Below the pieces are notes generated by a model, which was not told where the DNA came from, did no database searches, and saw only the letters and a list, made by a program, of their open reading frames with translations. From positions 32,001 through 96,000 of IMG/VR virus record IMGVR_UViG_3300046171_000314: a stretch of DNA of 64,000 bases, one strand, 5' to 3'. The position numbers were made by a program, and so were the translations under genes. Shown in pieces: positions 57,422-64,000 of this stretch. How positions within the stretch are numbered: position 1 is the first letter of the stretch; every line of letters begins with the position of its first letter. The stretch is from a virus.

Positions 57422-57446
57422 AAGAACCCCTCTTGGGGTTCTTTTA
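57422..57446 (+). terminator. intrinsic terminator
   Basis: AAGAACCCC-TCTT-GGGGTTCTT-TT. Confidence 0.8.
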
Positions 57447-57487
57447 CTTTTCTTGGGTATCATTGTTTCACAGACACAGGTGAAATA

Positions 57488-58420
57488 ATGGCAAGAAAAT
57501 TTAATGTGATGTATTGGTCTACCTTTGACCTATATGAAAATTGTCCTCAGAGGTTTCTTTGGCAAAGAGGTTGGAAAGGAATTGATCTTGGGTATGGAGT
57601 TGGCGAACCTATTCCTTCACCAAAGAAGGACAGTATGCACCACGCAGTTATGGGGATAGTCCTCGCAAAAGCGATGGAGGACTTATACAATGATCAACTT
57701 TATCTTGACCCTCCAACTCTTCGTGAGAAGTTAGAGGACATTGTTGAAAAGGAACTTCGCTATCAGATAACAAGAAAGCACATAGATTGGAATCAGACCT
57801 CTCACGAGGAAATGTTGAAGATTTGTTTGGATGGTATTCGTGGGTACTTGACCACAATGAAGCACAACAAACTTTTGGGGCAGTATGCAAGAAGCGAGGT
57901 CGACTTGGTTGCTGAATTGAAAGAGGGGCATCTCATTGGTGGTCGTGCAGACCTTATTATTAAGAGAGGTTCAGAGGTTGGCGTATATGATGGGAAGAAC
58001 TCTAAGAGTAAAGGAAAATATACAAGCCCTGATCAGTTGCGTTGGTACGGTCTTTTGTACAAGGCTTGTGAAGGTGTTCTTCCTGATAAGTTGGGTTTTG
58101 TTTATTTCAGATATCCTTTTGGAACTCCAAAGGAAGATGGGGGCATTGAGCAGGGGGTTGAATATGTCGATTGCAATGAGGTCGACCTGCAAACTCTTAG
58201 CGAACGTGCTATTCAAGCAAGGGATAACATAATGGCACAGAAATTTGATGCCAACCCACAACCCAAATATTGTATGTGGTGCGAATATAATGAGATGTGT
58301 GAACCAAGACAGGAGCAGAGGAAAGCCAACTCTAAGAAAAGGAAAAAGTCTTTGGGTTTGGAATTGGACACAAAGGGAGAGGTATTTTTTGAATTTTCTT
58401 TGCCTCGCACGATCAAATAA
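57488..58420 (+). CDS. PD-(D/E)xK exonuclease (RecB/Cas4-like)
   Basis: YENCP, GRADL, YDGKNS, QLRWY, CMWCEYNEMC. Confidence 0.85.
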   Translation: MARKFNVMYWSTFDLYENCPQRFLWQRGWKGIDLGYGVGEPIPSPKKDSMHHAVMGIVLAKAMEDLYNDQLYLDPPTLREKLEDIVEKELRYQITRKHIDWNQTSHEEMLKICLDGIRGYLTTMKHNKLLGQYARSEVDLVAELKEGHLIGGRADLIIKRGSEVGVYDGKNSKSKGKYTSPDQLRWYGLLYKACEGVLPDKLGFVYFRYPFGTPKEDGGIEQGVEYVDCNEVDLQTLSERAIQARDNIMAQKFDANPQPKYCMWCEYNEMCEPRQEQRKANSKKRKKSLGLELDTKGEVFFEFSLPRTIK

Positions 58421-58459
58421 AGATTCTGATTCTGTATAGGACAGAAGGAGGGTTCTAAT

Positions 58460-58723
58460 ATGACAACCGAACGATTAAAACAGGCTCTTGATAAGAGAGA
58501 CAAGTTGAATACAACCTTACAACGATTGAAAGGTCGATTAGAAAAGTCTCAACAGGATAGGGATAGTATTATCTCAGAGATTAGAGATAAAAATCTAGAT
58601 CCCGAAAACCTAGATCAAACTATTTCTGTACTACAAGAAAAATACACAAATCTTCTTCAGAAGTTTGAAGAAGACCTGAACACCTTACAAAACAATCTCA
58701 CTCAATATATGGAGAAAAAATAA
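58460..58723 (+). CDS. small coiled-coil protein
   Basis: Heptad pattern over 87 aa. Confidence 0.7.
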   Translation: MTTERLKQALDKRDKLNTTLQRLKGRLEKSQQDRDSIISEIRDKNLDPENLDQTISVLQEKYTNLLQKFEEDLNTLQNNLTQYMEKK

Positions 58724-58725
58724 AA

Positions 58726-59880
58726 ATGAAACTTACGATAGCAAAAAATGACCTAATGTCTTCTTTATCCTTAACCTCTCACGCATTGGGCAAGGACACT
58801 TGGACTACCCATTATTTTGTCAGAAAGCACAACGATAGTAAAGTAGAGGTTCTTTCTACAAACCATCGATATTGCTCATCGGCACTTGCTCCTTGTCACT
58901 TGGATGGGGAACTTGGAGAATTCACACTCGAAGGAAGTCGAGTAAAGACTTGGTTGAAAAATGTGTCAGATGGCGTAGCCCTTGTATTGGATAGTGATGG
59001 AAAAGTTGTTAATGCAAAGTCGGCTCGTGGCTCTGTTCGTTGGAACTGTGCAGGCACAGGGGACTTCCCCTATTGGGATGATGCTTTGAAGAAAGCAACC
59101 ACACAATGCACAATAGATGCCAATGAGTTCTTTGAGATGCTTTCGCACGCAAAGAACTTTGTGGGCAAGCCTGATGCAAAGAGTTTAGCCTTTCGTTATA
59201 TTCGTGTTGAGAAAGGTGCGGTATTTGCAAGTAATGGTCTTTCTCTCAGCATTATATTTTGCGATAAATTGAAGAAAGCCAATTTCTGTTTCAATGCCAA
59301 CGATGCCTCCCCTCTCTTGGGATTTTTGAGCAAACTTGAGGGCGATGTCGAGATCTTGTCCACTGACAGGATCGTCTTTTTCAAGGGATCAAATGAGGCA
59401 GTATTTGGGCTGACGTTGCCTTCTAAGCGTTCGATTGCAGGACTTGGAACACTTGCTCCTGATAAGTACCAAGCCACCTTGAATAGTAGTGTAGGCTCTT
59501 GGGAAGCCACAACTAAAGACCTTCAACAAACCATAGGGTTGTTAGAGTCATCTATGAATAGCGATGATCAAGTCATTAAGGTTTCTTTTGTCAATGATGA
59601 AGATGGGGAGAAAGCCTTGTCTTTGTCTGCTGTTTCGGTCACAGGAGATGTCGACAGTTTGAATGTGGGATTGTCTTCTTATGTTGATGAAGAGGGGATC
59701 GTAGAGAAGGGGCAATACCTCAACAAAGAGATAATGTTGAAGGTATTACAAATCATTGACTCACCGACAACTACGATTTCGGTATTAAAGTTGCTCAGTA
59801 ACTCGGCTTGTTTGGAGCACGAAGTTCTTGGGTACACCTCATACTCAGTGGTCGTTCCTTTGCCCAATAAGACTTTTTAA
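58726..59880 (+). CDS. dnaN: DNA polymerase III beta-clamp-like protein
   Basis: MKLTIAKNDL, STN, GDFP, ASNG; 384 aa. Confidence 0.7.
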   Translation: MKLTIAKNDLMSSLSLTSHALGKDTWTTHYFVRKHNDSKVEVLSTNHRYCSSALAPCHLDGELGEFTLEGSRVKTWLKNVSDGVALVLDSDGKVVNAKSARGSVRWNCAGTGDFPYWDDALKKATTQCTIDANEFFEMLSHAKNFVGKPDAKSLAFRYIRVEKGAVFASNGLSLSIIFCDKLKKANFCFNANDASPLLGFLSKLEGDVEILSTDRIVFFKGSNEAVFGLTLPSKRSIAGLGTLAPDKYQATLNSSVGSWEATTKDLQQTIGLLESSMNSDDQVIKVSFVNDEDGEKALSLSAVSVTGDVDSLNVGLSSYVDEEGIVEKGQYLNKEIMLKVLQIIDSPTTTISVLKLLSNSACLEHEVLGYTSYSVVVPLPNKTF

Positions 59881-60521
59881 TGTTTGAACAAGTAAAACAA
59901 GATTATGCAAAATTGCTTGGTCGGAAAGAAGCCCTACAAGAGCGGATTCTTACGACCAAGCAGAACATTACAACACTATCAAATGAAATAGAAACTCTTG
60001 ATAGTGTTGGGGTGGTCTTTCGTCAGTTGCTTGATGATGAGGTAGCCTCCTCTGTGAAAGCAGTGGAGGAACTTTTGTCAGAAGCCCTACAAGCCGTTTT
60101 CACCGATCAAAGTCTTCGTGTTCGTGCTAACATTTCTGTCCTTAGGGGCAAGGTTTCCGTAGAACTTTTGACTATTCAAGATCACGGTGGAGGGGTAATT
60201 ATTGAGGGACAGAGTTCTGAGGGTTTTGGTGGGGCTGTTACTACAGTTCAATCTATCATTCTGCGTATTCTTGTTTGCTTGAAGCGAGGTATGAGACCCT
60301 TTCTCCTTTTAGACGAGTCCTTGCCTGCCTTTGACTCTAATTATGTTCATAATATGGGGAATTTCCTATCTTCCTTATGTGGGAGGTTGGGTATAGATAT
60401 TCTTCTAGTCACACACAATCAGCATCTTGTTGAGGCTAGTGACAAAGCCTTTATCATTGATAAAAAGAAAGGGAAAGCAACCTTTTCAAAAGTTGTGAAG
60501 GGTTCTGTGTCAAAGACATAA
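59880..60521 (+). CDS. sbcC: SbcC/Rad50-like ATPase, C-terminal half
   Basis: Coiled coil, signature GFGG, Walker B LLLDES, VTH. Confidence 0.85.
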   Translation: MFEQVKQDYAKLLGRKEALQERILTTKQNITTLSNEIETLDSVGVVFRQLLDDEVASSVKAVEELLSEALQAVFTDQSLRVRANISVLRGKVSVELLTIQDHGGGVIIEGQSSEGFGGAVTTVQSIILRILVCLKRGMRPFLLLDESLPAFDSNYVHNMGNFLSSLCGRLGIDILLVTHNQHLVEASDKAFIIDKKKGKATFSKVVKGSVSKT

Positions 60522-60530
60522 GAGGGAAAA

Positions 60531-60935
60531 ATGGCGTTGTTGGGAAAAGTGGTTCAGAAATTTAAGCAGGTTCGATTTAGATACTTGAAGAAGTTTTTAA
60601 ATGATCATCTTAATAAAGAATCCAAGAACTGTGTGTACAATCGATCAACAACCTTTTCACAAGGAGGCTGCGATAATGTCGGCTTGTGTGCTTTTGGTTT
60701 TGAGGAGAAGGCTTGGCTAGGGGGTGCTTGTGATTCAAGGGTAAACCCTGAACTTGCGAAAGGGTGCGAGGACTTTCTTTCGTTGTATAAGAAAGAGGAC
60801 TTAAAGAAGGTGTTCAATGATTTCTTGGAGACATCGACTTTGGCAGATATCACAAAACACTATCCTGACCTTGCTACTCTTATGTGGGTGATGGAACAGG
60901 CGAACATAGATATAGAAGACTCAGAGGAGGAATAG
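60531..60935 (+). CDS. Cys-containing hypothetical protein
   Basis: NCVYN, LC, AC..GC pattern. Confidence 0.65.
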   Translation: MALLGKVVQKFKQVRFRYLKKFLNDHLNKESKNCVYNRSTTFSQGGCDNVGLCAFGFEEKAWLGGACDSRVNPELAKGCEDFLSLYKKEDLKKVFNDFLETSTLADITKHYPDLATLMWVMEQANIDIEDSEEE

Positions 60936-61472
60936 GTGTCGCATTTATTAAAGTTAGTGAAGTTTGATAAAGTAAAGCCTTCTATTCAGCCCCTTGCGTT
61001 TGAGTTTCAGGCTAACAAGGAGGCTACTCCTTTTTTGGTTTCGACAAGCAAATCTTTGTTGTGGATAACAGAAGCCCCAACAAATGTTGTTCGAGCAGCA
61101 GTTAGACCCAAAACAAAGATACAAGATTTTTATCTTGAGGTTATTCAAGAAGTAGTGGAGGTGGGGGAAGAGTGTTCTTGGGGAAATAATTACTCTTTTA
61201 ATAAAGAGGGGGTGTTGTCTGCTGTTTCCTATGTAAAATCTTATGGCATTGAGGAGGTGGTTTGTCTATTAAGTTCCTCTACAAAAAGCAGAACTAATTT
61301 TTTGCAGGGAACAGGGGTGGAGTTTTCTATTTGTAATTGGTTGCCGCAAGACTTTATTGCTGTCGTCCCCAAAGACAGATCTCTATTAGGGTTCGTTGGT
61401 GTGATGAACTCAGGGTTTGTTTCGGTAATACAAAATCCAAGCAGGTGTTTGGCTTTTGCAGGTGCTATATGA
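60936..61472 (+). CDS. hypothetical protein
   Basis: GAGGAGG RBS, GTG start. Confidence 0.65.
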   Translation: MSHLLKLVKFDKVKPSIQPLAFEFQANKEATPFLVSTSKSLLWITEAPTNVVRAAVRPKTKIQDFYLEVIQEVVEVGEECSWGNNYSFNKEGVLSAVSYVKSYGIEEVVCLLSSSTKSRTNFLQGTGVEFSICNWLPQDFIAVVPKDRSLLGFVGVMNSGFVSVIQNPSRCLAFAGAI

Positions 61473-62191
61473 GAGAATGGCTTGAAAATTCATTGTACGA
61501 CTTAACGGAAGATCAGGAGACGTATCTCTTAGGTCGAGGAGTTCTCAGAGAGGAGATTCGTAATGTGAACTTTCAATCTTGGTGTCCTGAGAAGCCTTGT
61601 CCTGCAAAAACCACAGAAGGGCAAGACTTTGTTAAGAGATTTGGGGAGTACGGTCATCGTCTTAATGATCTTCTATTGACTCCTTTGTACTCTCCTTCTA
61701 GCAAGTTGGTTGGTGTTGAAGGTCGTTCCATAGATGGCAACAAAACAATAATGAGAGTCCTTTCCTTTGAGTCTAAGTGGTGTCCGATATGGATAGGGCT
61801 TGGCAAAGCAGAGATGCTCAGGATTTGGAATGGGTATGATGTGTGGATAGTAGAAGGGATCTTCGATCTTACAACTCTGAGAGCCATAATGCCTCACGTA
61901 GTTGTTCTAGGGTCTTTGAGAGCCAACCTCACCAAGAAACATTTAGAGTTCCTTAGTCGCTTTGTGAAGGGCACAATTTACGTTGCTTACGACAACGATG
62001 AGACAGGACAAAAGGCTATGTACGGTCACTTCGATCCTAATGGTCGAAGACAACAAGGTATCATAGAAAAAATTAACAAATTACGATTAAACGCAGTGCC
62101 TGTTCGGTATAAGGGTGGCAAAGACCCGAATGAGATATGGCAACAAGGTGGCTACGATCAAGTTCGTAAATCTTTCATTAACTACCTATAA
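61469..62191 (+). CDS. DnaG-like primase Toprim domain
   Basis: YLLGRGV, VEGRSI, IVEGIFD, AYDNDETGQKA, KDPNE. Confidence 0.85.
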   Translation: MREWLENSLYDLTEDQETYLLGRGVLREEIRNVNFQSWCPEKPCPAKTTEGQDFVKRFGEYGHRLNDLLLTPLYSPSSKLVGVEGRSIDGNKTIMRVLSFESKWCPIWIGLGKAEMLRIWNGYDVWIVEGIFDLTTLRAIMPHVVVLGSLRANLTKKHLEFLSRFVKGTIYVAYDNDETGQKAMYGHFDPNGRRQQGIIEKINKLRLNAVPVRYKGGKDPNEIWQQGGYDQVRKSFINYL

Positions 62192-62206
62192 TATAAGGAG
62201 CATAAT

Positions 62207-62677
62207 ATGCCTACTGAAATATGGAAAGCAACAGAGGACATACAGGATTCTGTTAAAAAACTTGTTGCGAATCATCACCCTGACCTAATACTTGCCGCTG
62301 ACGAGATTGTGGTTCTCTTTCGTGAGAAAGCCACAAAGAAAGGTGGGAAAGTCATCTTAGGATCAAGCAAGAAAGCCCCCTCGATATTGAATGTTCTATC
62401 TGATGTTGAGTGTAAGTTTATTATCGAACTTGCGGCAGACGAATGGGTGGGTCTTACATCAAACCAACAAACCGCTTTGTTGGATCACCACTTGTGTGCG
62501 TTTCAAGTAGAAGAAGACCCCAAGACAGGAGATGTGAAATACTTTATCGCTCCTCCTGACATCGGATACTATCTTGATGAATATGAGCGGTATGGGGATT
62601 GGAGACCAAAGCAAGAAGAGGACACCACTGTGAAAGTGGATACAGTAACAGCAGACACCATCTTAGATGGACAGTAA
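62207..62677 (+). CDS. putative phage metallopeptidase-family protein
   Basis: FIIEL..DEW...QQTALLDHHLC...PPDI. Confidence 0.6.
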   Translation: MPTEIWKATEDIQDSVKKLVANHHPDLILAADEIVVLFREKATKKGGKVILGSSKKAPSILNVLSDVECKFIIELAADEWVGLTSNQQTALLDHHLCAFQVEEDPKTGDVKYFIAPPDIGYYLDEYERYGDWRPKQEEDTTVKVDTVTADTILDGQ

Positions 62678-62789
62678 GCAGTTTTAATTGGCTTTATTAA
62701 AGGTGGGCTATTGCTCACCTTTTTTTGTTTATGGGGTGGTTGGAACGTAAGAGCACTTCGGTATATTCAAAAACAGATAGGAGAATACA

Positions 62790-64000
62790 ATGGCATTTGA
62801 TACAAAATATCGTCCTAATGGATATGACTCGGTTATTGGGCAAGAAGCCAATGTAAAGGTTCTACAGAGCATCGTGAAGAATGGATCAGGCTTTCACCAA
62901 TCTTATGTATTTTGTGGGCAGCACGGTACAGGAAAAACCACATTGGGTCGGATTCTTGCACGAGCCTTGCTTTGCGAAAATCCTCAGGAGGGTAATCCTT
63001 GCGATCAGTGCTCTTCTTGTTTGTCTATTTTGGAGAATGGTAGTTCGGAGGGGTTCATAGAAATAGATGCGGCTACAAACTCAGGCAAGGGAGACATTAA
63101 AGAGATAGTGGATCAATTAGAATACGCTACTGTGACAGGAAAGAAAAGGATTTATCTATTTGATGAGGCACATGAGTTATCAAGACAAGCCCTTGATGGT
63201 TTATTGAAGCCGATGGAAGATACAGAGGTGGGATCTGACGATAAAAAGTTGGTGTGCATCTTTTGTACAACCGAGCCTGAGAAGATGCGAAAGACCATCT
63301 TCTCAAGGTGTGCCCCTGCTTTTGTTATTCGTGTTCCAACCCCTCAGGATATAGCAGACAGACTTGTATATGTCTGTGAGAAGGAGGAAATAGAATATGA
63401 CTATGAAGCCCTTGTATCTATTTCGGAGTACTGTTCCTGCCACGTTCGAGATTCTCTTAAGTCTTTACAAGGTGTCTCTTCTTTGGGCAAGGTCGATATG
63501 GCAGCCATTAAGCAATACCTGCGATTAGATGTACAGATAAAATGTTTAGAGGTTCTTGATAACTTAAGATCCGATTTTGCAAAGGCAATCGAGAACTTCG
63601 ATGCTTTAAGGATTATTGCTTCTCCTGCCTCTTGTTACGAGCAACTATCCAAGTTGTCCTTGATGGCATATAGAAAATCATTGGGGGTTTCAAAGATCCC
63701 CGTTTATTTGGATTCCAAAAAGATAGACTCAATCTCTAAACAAGGGCAGCAACTTATAGTTCTCACCCAAAGTTTGCTTTCACATCCACATAATCCCTCT
63801 CACGAAATGCTACTATGTGATCTGTCTAATTATCATTTTGGACAAGCCCCTATACAGACTATAACTAAAGTAGTCACCCAAACTTTAGAACCAAAAACAC
63901 AACCAACACAAAAAAATTCTCAACAGATACCACAAAGTTCGGTATCGTACCAACAACAAAAGCCTACAATTATAAATGGGGTATATCGAGAAGCAAGGGC
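62790..64000 (+). CDS. dnaX: DNA polymerase III gamma/tau subunit (partial, runs off window)
   Basis: KYRP...VIGQE, GQHGTGKTT, PCDQCSSC, EIDAATNSG, FDEAHELS, LLKPME, TIFSRC. Confidence 0.95.
   Translation, partial: MAFDTKYRPNGYDSVIGQEANVKVLQSIVKNGSGFHQSYVFCGQHGTGKTTLGRILARALLCENPQEGNPCDQCSSCLSILENGSSEGFIEIDAATNSGKGDIKEIVDQLEYATVTGKKRIYLFDEAHELSRQALDGLLKPMEDTEVGSDDKKLVCIFCTTEPEKMRKTIFSRCAPAFVIRVPTPQDIADRLVYVCEKEEIEYDYEALVSISEYCSCHVRDSLKSLQGVSSLGKVDMAAIKQYLRLDVQIKCLEVLDNLRSDFAKAIENFDALRIIASPASCYEQLSKLSLMAYRKSLGVSKIPVYLDSKKIDSISKQGQQLIVLTQSLLSHPHNPSHEMLLCDLSNYHFGQAPIQTITKVVTQTLEPKTQPTQKNSQQIPQSSVSYQQQKPTIINGVYREAR

Noticed and set aside
1-64000. CRISPR array, tRNA, rRNA or tmRNA
   Set aside because: No regularly spaced repeats or cloverleaf/T-loop-CCA patterns found by eye; the Cas4-like nuclease at 57488 sits in a recombination context with no cas genes
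1-64000. Genome-wide stop-codon reassignment
   Set aside because: TAA, TAG and TGA all end recognisable genes, often with ATGA/TAATG overlaps; only one suspicious in-frame TGA (9013)

Overview
The window is a gene-dense segment of a large (jumbo-like) dsDNA bacteriophage genome using the standard code. I saw no tRNA, rRNA, CRISPR array, integrase or transposase. The right third (43.8-64 kb, + strand) is a replication/recombination cluster: HolB-, HolA- and DnaX-like clamp loader, beta clamp, class II RNR, RecD2, RuvC, RecA, a split SbcC plus SbcD, a PD-(D/E)xK exonuclease and a Toprim primase. The left two-thirds is an accessory mosaic with ThyX, PhoH, HU, a CodA-like deaminase, PAP2, SNase, PLD, a C39 peptidase and three clear (possibly four) sigma factors. 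Main observations: (1) a ~500-nt ORF-free region (42.6-43.1 kb) tiled by nested, G-U-rich stems behind a promoter-like site, a candidate large structured ncRNA; (2) a candidate virion cargo-addressing system, in which unrelated proteins carry one of three shared short tags (S-x-x-RVA-x-x-Y; LRxKxIRLAHxNPELRKDLLPLLKEA; a KL..L...QA..L..AL helical leader) and [K/R]-x-A junctions, and are mostly transcribed from one promoter motif, RATAAT-N4-YTATA; (3) four promoter classes that fit a sigma-factor cascade; (4) a small gene with AC-repeat leader and a pseudoknot/terminator-switch 3' RNA; (5) six +1 frameshifts in homopolymers, probably sequencing errors. All calls come from motif reading by eye; no database searches were run.
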